NCBI GenBank assembly: GCA_039809905.1
Contig: JBDHVY010000001.1
Location: 1,020,001 to 1,052,000, forward strand
DNA length: 32,000 nucleotides
Direction: 5' to 3'
DNA from: Candidatus Babelota bacterium
GTDB taxonomy: Bacteria > Babelota > Babeliae > Babelales > Vermiphilaceae
The stretch's first letter is position 1. The number at the start of each line of letters is the position of its first letter. The position numbers and the translations under genes were made by a program. The notes beneath the pieces are model-generated. The model was not told where the DNA came from, did not search any database, and was given only the letters and a program-made list of their open reading frames with translations. Positions 24,105-32,000 of this stretch are shown here, piece after piece.

Positions 24105-24619
24105 TTTACTGCTGCAAATGCATCAAGTATCTGTTGTGCATGATTCTTTGTATCAACTTTTTCAATAATGCCAACAATAATACCATTTTCATCAATTAAG
24201 AATGTATGACGTTTTGGTAAATAGAGTCGCCAAAAGCCGGTATTTACGCCGTATGCTTTCAGAACATCGTCTGTTGCAATAAGTAAAGGAAAATTAAGGC
24301 TCTTCTTGGTGATAAAGTTGCGTTTGCTTTCTACTGTTCCTGTACTTAATCCAAGAATGGTGATATCTGCTTCATGTAATAATTCAAAATTATCACGCAG
24401 GCTACACGCTTGCTCAGAACATCCGGGAGTATTGTCTTTTGGATAAAAATAGAGAGCAACTTTTTTTCCTCTAAAATCACTCAGTTTAACGAGTTGACCA
24501 TTTTGATTGAAAAGTTCAAATTCAGGAGCTTGATCGCCAACTTTAAGATTTTTGGTACTACACGCACATTGCAATGTAGTAAAACTAATCAGTGTCATAA
24601 GTAACAATAATGTTTTCAT
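24101..24619 (-). CDS. bcp: Peroxiredoxin, Bcp/AhpC-TSA family, with N-terminal export signal
   Basis: VGDQAPEFEL...GKKVALYFYPKDNTPGCSEQACSLRD is the canonical Bcp active-site block (peroxidatic Cys in TPGC, second Cys 5 residues later). The N-terminus MKTLLLLMTLISFTTLQCAC looks like a signal or lipoprotein peptide. The RBS is AAAGGAA. Confidence 0.85.
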   Translation of the reverse strand: MKTLLLLMTLISFTTLQCACSTKNLKVGDQAPEFELFNQNGQLVKLSDFRGKKVALYFYPKDNTPGCSEQACSLRDNFELLHEADITILGLSTGTVESKRNFITKKSLNFPLLIATDDVLKAYGVNTGFWRLYLPKRHTFLIDENGIIVGIIEKVDTKNHAQQILDAFAAVK

Positions 24620-24724
24620 ATGTATTCCTTTTTATCTTTTACAAATAGTTTTGTGTATTTTTATTACTTTAATCATTATAAGTCATTTTTGTTTTTTACA
24701 AGAACCATAAATGCAAAATGTTTT

Positions 24725-25654
24725 TTATGTTGTTTGCGTTTCAATAATTTTCACGCTGCCTTTTGTGCTTTGAACCATTATTGTTGCGTCACCCGTTCCT
24801 AAAGTGCCATCGACTTCTTTTTTGAATTTGTTCCATGCTGTTTTATTGAGTTTTGTTGCATATGATTTGAGCCTGATTTCATGGTCAGATATGAATGTGC
24901 CATAAGTGGTATATCCACAGATTTGCGCATTTGTATCAGTTGGCAGCGCAAGCATTATATTTCCTGAGGTAGTTTTGAGGTTAATAGAACCCGTTGCAGG
25001 TAATTTTTTATAAGATATATTAATGCTTCCTTTGATTGAGCGAGCATCACAACTATGCGCGATATTGTCTCCTATTATATTACCATTTCGAGTATATGCT
25101 TCCACTGGTCCACCGGTATTAGCAAAATTAATAGAGCCTTTGTTTAATGACTGCGCAGATGCTCGTTGTTTTGTATTAATGATGGTGATATCATCATGTG
25201 CAACAACATCAATCATACCATGTACATCTTTTATAAAAACATTTCCTTTTCCCGTTATAGTTAATGTAATGTTGAGCGATGCAGGAACAATCAGCTCATA
25301 ATCAACCAATCCGTTCTTTTTTTTATTATTGTTTTTTGTTGTTATTGCAAGATGGTTGCCATTGGTTATATCAGTAATAACATCAATATTGTTAGCAATA
25401 ATTTCTGTTTTTGCCCGTTTTATTGTTCTTAAAAACAATGATTTTTTAGGCCCTGTCTTAACGGTAATTGATCCATTGCAATTATTCAATGATAAAGAAT
25501 GAATTGATGCTACTGAAAATTCTCTTTGTTCGTTTTTTTCTATAGTATTGCTGCGTAAAAATGATTTTATCGTTTGGTGAAATGAATTTTTTGAGGAACA
25601 ATTAATGACGTGAGTAGCCATAATTAAAAGGATGATGTAGGCATTCTTATTCAT
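24725..25654 (-). CDS. Secreted beta-helix-like protein (DUF4097 / putative adhesin-like)
   Basis: It has a signal peptide MNKNAYIILLIMATHVINC. G-S/N-I/V strand motifs recur (GSITVKT, GKGNVFIKDV, GSINFANTGG, GSINISY, SGNIMLALP, KGSVKIIE), as in DUF4097-type proteins. The family assignment is made by eye only. Confidence 0.45.
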   Translation of the reverse strand: MNKNAYIILLIMATHVINCSSKNSFHQTIKSFLRSNTIEKNEQREFSVASIHSLSLNNCNGSITVKTGPKKSLFLRTIKRAKTEIIANNIDVITDITNGNHLAITTKNNNKKKNGLVDYELIVPASLNITLTITGKGNVFIKDVHGMIDVVAHDDITIINTKQRASAQSLNKGSINFANTGGPVEAYTRNGNIIGDNIAHSCDARSIKGSINISYKKLPATGSINLKTTSGNIMLALPTDTNAQICGYTTYGTFISDHEIRLKSYATKLNKTAWNKFKKEVDGTLGTGDATIMVQSTKGSVKIIETQTT

Positions 25655-25753
25655 TGGTATCCTTTTTGTCGATTTCTTTTATCTTTTAATGTATGTAGCA
25701 TACAAAAAATGTCGGGCTAATTCAAAGAACAGTAAAGTATAGAAAGAATAAAA

Positions 25754-27133
25754 ATGAAATTATTTGATACACAAAGTGATGTAATTCAAGCCATTGTTGT
25801 TGCTATTTCAGGTCATCATGGGCGAGCATTGCTTGTTGGCGGTGCGGTGCGTGATATGGTAATGAACAAACCAATAAAAGATGTTGATATTGAAGTATAT
25901 GGACTAACAGAAGAACAATTGGAAAATGTTTTAAAAGAATTTGGCCATGTGAGCTTAGTAGGCAAAGCATTTGGTGTTTTGCGTTTACAAAGTCTTGATG
26001 TTGATTGGTCACTACCTCGTGCAGATAGTTCAGGGCGTAAACCAACTGTTACTATTGATCCGCATATGTCTCTTGAAACTGCTGCGCGACGGAGAGATTT
26101 AACCATGAATGCAATGGCATTTGATCTTATTACTCAAGAGCTTTTTGATCCCTATGGTGGAAGAAATGATATCAAAAACAAAATATTGCGCACTCCTGAT
26201 ACGCATTTTTTTACACAAGATCCATTGCGGTTATTTCGTGTTATGCAGTTTGTTGGTCGATTTGAAATGGTGCCTGATGATGAATTGAACAATATATGCA
26301 CAACAATGGATATTACGCAGATATCACGCGAACGAATTGAAGAAGAATTCAAAAAATTATTATTGCGATCACAACGACCATCGTTGGGTATTCGTTGGTT
26401 ATATGCAATTGGGCGACTGCGGGAAATTTTGCCAGAATTGGCCAATACGGTTGGCATAGTGCAAGAGCCAAAGTGGCATCCTGAAGGAGATGTGTTTGAG
26501 CATAGCATGCAGGCGCTTGATGCAGCAGCAAAAATAATACAAAAATATGATAATGAATTTGACAAATTAGTTCTATTGTATGCAGCATTGTGTCATGATT
26601 TGGGCAAAGTAACAACAACAAAAGAAATTAATGGTGTTATTAAAAGCATTGGACATGAAAATGACAGTAAAAAATATGCACGTAACATGTTATTACGTAT
26701 TACACGTAATGGAGATTTAATTGATGCAGTAACATCTTTAGTACTCCATCACATGACACCATTACAATTCACTAAAAACAATGCAAAAAAGCCTGCATAC
26801 CAAAGATTGGCGAATAAATTATCACCGCACGTTAATATATCTATGCTTATTGATTTATGCACTGCAGATAAGTGTGGCAGAAATGGTCAAGGACATGAAC
26901 CTTTAACTGATGATTTTCCTGATGTGGCATTATTTAAAGAAACGGCAGAACAAGCTGGCGTTTTGTACAGTAAAATTAAGCCATTATTACAAGGAGCTGA
27001 TGTGCTCGATATAGTTTCTGCAGGTCCTGCTATGGGTAAAATACTGAAAGATGCGTATGAAATGCAAATTGAAAAAAGCATTTCAGATAAATTAGTCTTA
27101 AAGGAATATATTATAAAAAAACTGAAGAAATAG
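25754..27133 (+). CDS. cca: CCA-adding tRNA nucleotidyltransferase with HD domain
   Basis: The Pol-beta head motifs are LVGGAVRDMVMNKPIKDVDIEV and RRDLTMNAMAF. The HD domain shows H..EH....AL...ALCHDLGK and HH. Confidence 0.85.
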   Translation: MKLFDTQSDVIQAIVVAISGHHGRALLVGGAVRDMVMNKPIKDVDIEVYGLTEEQLENVLKEFGHVSLVGKAFGVLRLQSLDVDWSLPRADSSGRKPTVTIDPHMSLETAARRRDLTMNAMAFDLITQELFDPYGGRNDIKNKILRTPDTHFFTQDPLRLFRVMQFVGRFEMVPDDELNNICTTMDITQISRERIEEEFKKLLLRSQRPSLGIRWLYAIGRLREILPELANTVGIVQEPKWHPEGDVFEHSMQALDAAAKIIQKYDNEFDKLVLLYAALCHDLGKVTTTKEINGVIKSIGHENDSKKYARNMLLRITRNGDLIDAVTSLVLHHMTPLQFTKNNAKKPAYQRLANKLSPHVNISMLIDLCTADKCGRNGQGHEPLTDDFPDVALFKETAEQAGVLYSKIKPLLQGADVLDIVSAGPAMGKILKDAYEMQIEKSISDKLVLKEYIIKKLKK

Positions 27134-27226
27134 AGCATATGCGTATTGTATTTATAAGAATAAAATTTATAATAAATATAGGTAATTAATATTATAAAAT
27201 TGTTTTCTATCTTTGATGGGGGTTTT

Positions 27227-27694
27227 ATGACGACTATTTCAAAGCGCATTAATGTATTATTTTTAGCAATGGCTATTGCTTTTGTACCTGTATATGCTGA
27301 TAATGCGGATATTTATTCAGAAGAAATTGCACAAGAATATGAAGATTTTCAAGAATTAAATGAAGTTGAAGACCAAAAGACAGATGTTTGGTATAAAAAA
27401 CATTCACGATATATTATCGCTGCAGCAGTAACAACGATTGCTGTCTATGCATTGGCAGTACATAAAAATAAAATTACTGGTCCGATTGCATTGCTTACTG
27501 CATTATTCTGTGCTGAAAAAACGATCGATACGCCTAAAACACAAAATATTGCTCCTCAAGGCGGTAATTCTGTAACGTCTCCGACAAATAATATTATTGA
27601 AGAAAAGACAAGTGGTTTTATTAGCACATTGAACCATGATACAGTAAAAGCTAGTATAAATGCTGCTCTTAATGGTTATGAAGATCTTGAGTAA
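27227..27694 (+). CDS. Hypothetical exported/membrane protein (155 aa)
   Basis: The ATG at 27227 gives the signal-like MTTISKRINVLFLAMAIAFVPVYA. An acidic stretch is followed by TM segments (YIIAAAVTTIAVYALAV, PIALLTALFCA). The track's TTG start at 27200 was not used. Confidence 0.5.
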   Translation: MTTISKRINVLFLAMAIAFVPVYADNADIYSEEIAQEYEDFQELNEVEDQKTDVWYKKHSRYIIAAAVTTIAVYALAVHKNKITGPIALLTALFCAEKTIDTPKTQNIAPQGGNSVTSPTNNIIEEKTSGFISTLNHDTVKASINAALNGYEDLE

Positions 27695-27725
27695 ATATTG
27701 TAACTAGATTGTAATAGATATATTT

Positions 27726-27754
27726 AAACGAGGATTAAACATCCTCGTTTTTTT
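27726..27754 (+). terminator. Intrinsic terminator
   Basis: The 10-bp stem AAACGAGGAT / ATCCTCGTTT has a TAAAC loop and runs into a T-tract. Confidence 0.85.
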
Positions 27755-27823
27755 GATTCAATATAGTTTTTATTGACTATTTGAGATAATATGTTTTATC
27801 TTTATTATATAGCAAAATCTTTA

Positions 27824-27868
27824 AATGGAGTCCCTATGCGTAAAGCGTTCAGCATGGGGCTATAGAAG
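27824..27868 (+). repeat. GC-rich hairpin repeat, copy D (divergent), just upstream of the ATG at 27877
   Basis: The sequence is AATGGAGTCCCTATGCGTAAAGCGTTCAGCATGGGGCTATAGAAG. The 8-bp stem CCCTATGC (27832-27839) / GCATGGGG (27852-27859) includes one U-G. The flanks are the same as in B and C (TCTTTAAATGG..., ...GGGG.TA.A.AAG). Confidence 0.4.
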
Positions 27869-27876
27869 AGGTTTTT

Positions 27877-28554
27877 ATGAATAAAAATTATTATCTGATG
27901 ATAACATTAATGATGACTTTATTTACTGGCATGAGTTACGCTGCACAAGGCAATGCTATTACATATGGTGAAATTCTTAGAGCATATAACAATGAGGCTT
28001 TAGGAATCTTTGGTAATAAAAAAGATCAAGCTATAAAAGTTGTTGAGAATCATAAAGCAGAATTAATAAAAGAAAAAGATCAAATCGAATCTTCTTATAT
28101 TCCTGGATTCTTAAAAATAATAGCGACTAGTTTAGTTGCTTCATCTACTTTCTTATTTGCTAGTGCTCTTTATGGTACCTATGGATTATATAACATTTTA
28201 CATCAGCCTCGAGATACGTGGAAAAACAAGTTTTTTTATGCTCCAGCGCTAACGTATTTTGAGTTTATGAAACATCTATATAGTCCTGGTTCTGATAAAG
28301 GGACAATGTTTTCCTTGAATGTTTTTCAAGGTAAGTATACGCAGGCGTTTTTAGACAAGATGGTCCCTAAAGGCTTGGAAAATGTTATTGAATTAGGAGG
28401 AACTGCTCCATTGCGTGCAGGGGGATCATTACTTATAGCGGCAGTCTCTGGACTCTTATTTAAAAAAGTTTCTGCTTTCAGAAACCAAGTTGCACAACTG
28501 AGTCAAGACATTAAACGTGATGACGACATTATTAAAGCTTTGGGTAAAGCTTGA
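27877..28554 (+). CDS. Hypothetical exported/membrane protein (225 aa)
   Basis: The RBS is GAAGAGG. The signal peptide is MNKNYYLMITLMMTLFTGMSYA. Internal TMs are FLKIIATSLVASSTFLFASALYG and GGSLLIAAVSGLLF. Confidence 0.55.
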   Translation: MNKNYYLMITLMMTLFTGMSYAAQGNAITYGEILRAYNNEALGIFGNKKDQAIKVVENHKAELIKEKDQIESSYIPGFLKIIATSLVASSTFLFASALYGTYGLYNILHQPRDTWKNKFFYAPALTYFEFMKHLYSPGSDKGTMFSLNVFQGKYTQAFLDKMVPKGLENVIELGGTAPLRAGGSLLIAAVSGLLFKKVSAFRNQVAQLSQDIKRDDDIIKALGKA

Positions 28555-28610
28555 TGCTAAGCATTCTGATTTTATTAAAGTTCTAGATACTATTCTCTAT
28601 TTTATTCCTG

Positions 28611-28686
28611 CGCTCGCCCTGAACTTGTTGAAGGGTTTTCTTCGAGCGCTCGAGGAAAACCCTTCAACAAGTTCAGGGCGAGCGCA
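28611..28686. repeat. 76-bp near-perfect GC-rich palindrome (38-bp arms, no loop)
   Basis: The sequence is GCGCTCGCCCTGAACTTGTTGAAGGGTTTTCTTCGAGC|GCTCGAGGAAAACCCTTCAACAAGTTCAGGGCGAGCGC. I paired it base by base: 37 Watson-Crick pairs plus one T:G (28642/28655). Confidence 0.9.
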
Positions 28687-28800
28687 CTAAGAAGAATAAA
28701 TTAATTTTCTGATAAACTCTATAAAAAACAAACCAGCCTATCGATATATTCATATTTATGGTAAAATGCATAATATTAGTACATTTATGAGAAAGATCAT

Positions 28801-30450
28801 ATGAATAGTATCGATTCTATACAAAAAGCATTTACTTTTCACATACAAAATCAATTTAAATGTAATGATATTGATCAAGATCTTTATCGCTTACATATCA
28901 ATGTTGATGAAGCAAAGCAGGCGTTTGGTAATTTATCAGCAAGTATTGCCCTTGTTTTAGCCAAGCAGCTAAAGCGTAATCCGCGTGAAGTAGCAACTGA
29001 AGTTGCCACATCATTTATTCATCCTCTTGTAGAAAAAATTGAAATTGCTGGGCCTGGTTTTATTAATATGTTTTTGACGCAAGAAGCATTTAGATTGCTT
29101 GCTCAAGAATTATTTAATAAAAAAGAAGCATTCTTTAAGCCAGGATTAGAAAAAAAATATAATGTTTCATTAGAATTTGTTAGCGCTAATCCAACAGGTC
29201 CTTTGCATTTTGGTCATGGCAGAGGAGGTATTATCGGTGACGTGCTTGCAAATGTGTTGCGGTTTGTTGGTCATACCGTTACCAAAGAATTTTATATTAA
29301 TGATGCGGGTAATCAAATACAAAAACTTGGTGAATCATTTAAGGTTCGTTGTCTGCAAGTAGCAGGTGTTCACGCAACAATACCTGAAGATGGCTACCAA
29401 GGTGAATATTTGCTTGATCTTGCACAAGGTTGCTTTGCGCAATATGGACAAACTCTTTTTGAAAAACCAGACTCTTTTTTTGCAACCTATGCAAAAGATA
29501 ATTTACTGGAACTGCTCAAAAATACACTCAAAGATTATGGTATTGAGTACGATGTGTGGTTTTCTGAAAAAACATTACATGAAAGCGATGCAATAGAAAA
29601 GGCGCTAGAAGTATTGCAAAAAAATAATTTGTTGTATGAGCAAGATGGCGCATGGTGGTTTAAGACAACCGTTTTTGGCGATGATAAAGATCGAGTAGTT
29701 AAAAAATCTACGGGTGAATATACATATATTGCCGCAGATGTTGCTTATCTTAAAAATAAAGCTGATCGTGGATTTAATAATTTTATTTATATATTGGGAC
29801 ACGATCATCATAGTTATGTCATGCGGTTGAATGCAGTAAAACAAGGTCTTGGTTATATTGAACAGCCTCTTGATGTTATTTTATATCAATTAGTGAAAAT
29901 TTCAGAAGATGGTGCATTAGTGCGTATGTCAAAGCGTGCGGGAGCAATTATTAGCTTGCAGGATATTATCAACACTGTAGGAAAAGATGTTGCTCGCTTT
30001 TTTTATTTAAATCGTAAAGCTGATGCACAACTTGAATTTGATGTAGGGCTTGCTTTAAAGAAAACAGAAGAAAATCCTGTTTATTATGTCCAGTATGCGT
30101 ATGTTCGTACGGGAAGTATTTTAGAAAAAGCTTTACAGGCGGAGCAATTGCAAAATATTTCGGCACATGATGCGCAGCATATAGGCCCTGAAGAGGCTTT
30201 TTTGATCAAAAAAGTTGTTTTCCTTGAGCAACTATTACATGATATTTCAGTTAATCATCAAACACATCTGCTTACCTATTATGTTGTTGAGCTTGCACAG
30301 CTTTTTCACCGATATTATAGTCATGTGCGTGTAATTGATGCCCAAAATTGGGAAAAAAGTCGTGGGCGTTTACTGATGATAGGTATTTTGCGTAATACAA
30401 TTGCGCTTGTTTTAGACCTTCTTGGAGTAGGTCATCCCGAAAAAATGTAA
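28801..30450 (+). CDS. argS: Arginine--tRNA ligase
   Basis: The class I HIGH-type motif is SANPTGPLHFGHGRG and the KMSKS-equivalent is RMSKRAG. The C-terminal DALR anticodon-binding region is present. The length is 549 aa. Confidence 0.95.
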   Translation: MNSIDSIQKAFTFHIQNQFKCNDIDQDLYRLHINVDEAKQAFGNLSASIALVLAKQLKRNPREVATEVATSFIHPLVEKIEIAGPGFINMFLTQEAFRLLAQELFNKKEAFFKPGLEKKYNVSLEFVSANPTGPLHFGHGRGGIIGDVLANVLRFVGHTVTKEFYINDAGNQIQKLGESFKVRCLQVAGVHATIPEDGYQGEYLLDLAQGCFAQYGQTLFEKPDSFFATYAKDNLLELLKNTLKDYGIEYDVWFSEKTLHESDAIEKALEVLQKNNLLYEQDGAWWFKTTVFGDDKDRVVKKSTGEYTYIAADVAYLKNKADRGFNNFIYILGHDHHSYVMRLNAVKQGLGYIEQPLDVILYQLVKISEDGALVRMSKRAGAIISLQDIINTVGKDVARFFYLNRKADAQLEFDVGLALKKTEENPVYYVQYAYVRTGSILEKALQAEQLQNISAHDAQHIGPEEAFLIKKVVFLEQLLHDISVNHQTHLLTYYVVELAQLFHRYYSHVRVIDAQNWEKSRGRLLMIGILRNTIALVLDLLGVGHPEKM

Positions 30451-30481
30451 AGAAAAGCTGTATTTTTGTGTCATTAAGTTC

Positions 30482-30510
30482 TTTACCGGGGGCCCTATTC
30501 GTAATATAAT
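30482..30510 (+). promoter_or_regulatory. Putative sigma70-type promoter for tsf-frr
   Basis: TTTACC (30482-30487), a 17-nt spacer, then TATAAT (30505-30510). It lies about 70 nt upstream of the tsf ATG. Confidence 0.45.
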
Positions 30511-30582
30511 GGAATTACAAGGCTACATTATTCGTAGTGCAATTAAAAATAACAATATTTTTTACTTCTAACAGGAAAGCAT

Positions 30583-31179
30583 ATGTCAAAAATAAGCAAA
30601 GAATTATTGCAAGAATTAAGAGATCATACGGGTCTTGGTCTGATGGATTGTCGCAAAGCATTAGAAGAATCTGGTGGTGATTTTGACCAAGCATTAGAAT
30701 CATTGCGCAAAAAAGGTGCAGCGGTTGCAGCAAAGCGTGCAGATAAAGAAACTGGTGAAGGGCTTATCAAGGCTTACATTCATCCGGGAGACCGTTTGGG
30801 TGTCTTGCTTGAGATTAACTGCGAAACAGATTTTGTTGCTAATACTGAAGCAGTACGACAATTTGCACAAGATTTATGCTTGCAAATTGCTGCAAATAAA
30901 GCAATGTATGTTTCTCCTGAACAAGTTGATCCTGCATTTTTAGCGCATGAGCGAGACATTTTTAAAGAACAAATGGCCAACTCAGGAAAACCTGAAAAAA
31001 TTATTGAACAAGTTGTTGAAGGTAAAGTAAAGAAACTTTATAGTGATATTTGTTTGCTTGAACAACAATTTATCAAAAATGATCAACTGACGGTAAAAGA
31101 AGTTTTACAGCAATTGATTGCCAAAACAGGTGAAAGCATCCGTATCAGAAGATTTTGCCGATTTGAACTTGGTAAGTAA
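30583..31179 (+). CDS. tsf: Elongation factor Ts (short form, 198 aa)
   Basis: The N-terminal UBA-like motif is LQELRDHTGLGLMDCRKALEESGGDFDQALESLRKKG. The block LLEINCETDFVA is a classic EF-Ts motif. Confidence 0.9.
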   Translation: MSKISKELLQELRDHTGLGLMDCRKALEESGGDFDQALESLRKKGAAVAAKRADKETGEGLIKAYIHPGDRLGVLLEINCETDFVANTEAVRQFAQDLCLQIAANKAMYVSPEQVDPAFLAHERDIFKEQMANSGKPEKIIEQVVEGKVKKLYSDICLLEQQFIKNDQLTVKEVLQQLIAKTGESIRIRRFCRFELGK

Positions 31180-31202
31180 ACAGTATTTCAGGAAGGACAG
31201 AT

Positions 31203-31790
31203 ATGGCAGAAATTATTTTAATAGAAAATGATATAAAAAGTTTCCAGAAGCCAATGGAAGCTGAGATGGAAAGCCCATTAAAGCATTTTGAGCGAGAATT
31301 GTTAAAAATACGTACTGGTAGAGCTCACACATCAATGATAGAAGATATACCGGTTAGTTGCTATGGACAAGATGCTGTTCCTTTAAAAGGACTGGGTGTT
31401 GTTGCAGCACCAGATCCACGTTTGCTGACTGTCCAGCCATGGGATACATCTGTTATTTTTGATGTTGAAAAAGCCATAGTTGCATCAGGCTTTGGTGTTT
31501 CTCCGGTTAATGATGGAAAAATTATTAGACTTCGTTTGCCAGAAATGAGTTCTGATCGACGTGAAGAATTGATTAAGCAACTGCACAAGAAATTGGAAGA
31601 ATGTAGAGTCGCGATTAGAAATGTTCGCAAAGACTTCAAAAATCTTATTACTGATGCAAAGAAAGATAAGAAAGTTTCTGAAAATTTTCACAATAGATTA
31701 GCAGATGTTTTACAAGAAATTACCGATGCTTACATTGCCAAAGTTGAAGCAATGGCTAAGAAAAAAGAAGTAGAACTTGCTACTGTTTAA
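31203..31790 (+). CDS. frr: Ribosome recycling factor
   Basis: LKIRTGRAHTSMIEDIPV, LTVQPWD and IRLRLPEMSSDRREEL are canonical RRF blocks. The RBS is AGGAAGGA. Confidence 0.9.
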   Translation: MAEIILIENDIKSFQKPMEAEMESPLKHFERELLKIRTGRAHTSMIEDIPVSCYGQDAVPLKGLGVVAAPDPRLLTVQPWDTSVIFDVEKAIVASGFGVSPVNDGKIIRLRLPEMSSDRREELIKQLHKKLEECRVAIRNVRKDFKNLITDAKKDKKVSENFHNRLADVLQEITDAYIAKVEAMAKKKEVELATV

Positions 31791-31813
31791 AAAATATTAA
31801 ATTTAATGTAATT

Positions 31814-31854
31814 AAAAGCTAGAAAGATAAAAATTTTATCTTTCTAGCTTTTTT
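31814..31854 (+). terminator. Strong intrinsic terminator after frr
   Basis: A long stem GCTAGAAAGATAAAA / TTTTATCTTTCTAGC is followed by T6. Confidence 0.85.
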
Positions 31855-31909
31855 CATTTTCCTTTAAATAATATTGATTTGGATTGAGCAATACTTAAAG
31901 GAAAACAAA

Positions 31910-32000
31910 TGCATATAATTATTATAGTGTTTTTATTCGGGGGTATTTTTATTGCACCCATTATTTATGGTAAAGGAGGAAAAAGCCCACAAGCAAAGCC
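31910..32000 (+). CDS. Possible start of a hypothetical membrane/secreted protein (truncated by the right edge)
   Basis: The ATG at 31910 follows AAAGGAAA. The frame is open to the window end and reads MHIIIIVFLFGGIFIAPIIYGKGGKSPQAK. Confidence 0.3.

Noticed and set aside
28611-28686. The palindrome read as an integron attC site or the inverted repeats of an IS/MITE
   Set aside because: The core sequences only loosely resemble RYYYAAC/GTTRRRY. The symmetry is essentially perfect, with none of the extrahelical bases typical of attC. No integrase or transposase is nearby, no cargo lies between the arms, and no flanking direct repeats are evident.

Overview
This is an AT-rich, tightly packed bacterial chromosome segment. 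Four gene pairs overlap by the 4-nt ATGA start/stop motif (5613-5616, 8628-8631, 21452-21455, 24101-24104). The housekeeping backbone is recJ-cmk, lon, rpsB, tRNA-Ser(GGA), a 4.5S-type SRP RNA directly upstream of dnaX-der, hpf, bcp, cca, argS and tsf-frr. Between these lie features typical of a host-dependent or intracellular lifestyle: two tandem Tlc/NTT-type nucleotide (ATP/ADP) transporters, a eukaryote-type cPLA2-like phospholipase on a membrane anchor, two tandem paralogous ankyrin-repeat proteins with an unrecognised shared C-terminal domain, and more than ten orphan signal-peptide or TM proteins. By inference only, this content resembles Dependentiae (TM6)-, chlamydia- or rickettsia-like genomes; the lineage cannot be fixed without a database search. 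I saw no transposase, integrase, phage gene, CRISPR array or rRNA. The most unusual signals are non-coding. First, a GC-rich hairpin repeat family has at least five same-strand copies, three of them just upstream of start codons. Second, a 91-bp tandem duplication copies the 3' half of the SRP RNA plus one of those hairpins. Third, a 76-bp near-perfect GC-rich palindrome lies upstream of argS. Fourth, dnaX contains a possible -1 frameshift site. All functional calls rest on motifs read by eye from the supplied translations, and no database search was run.
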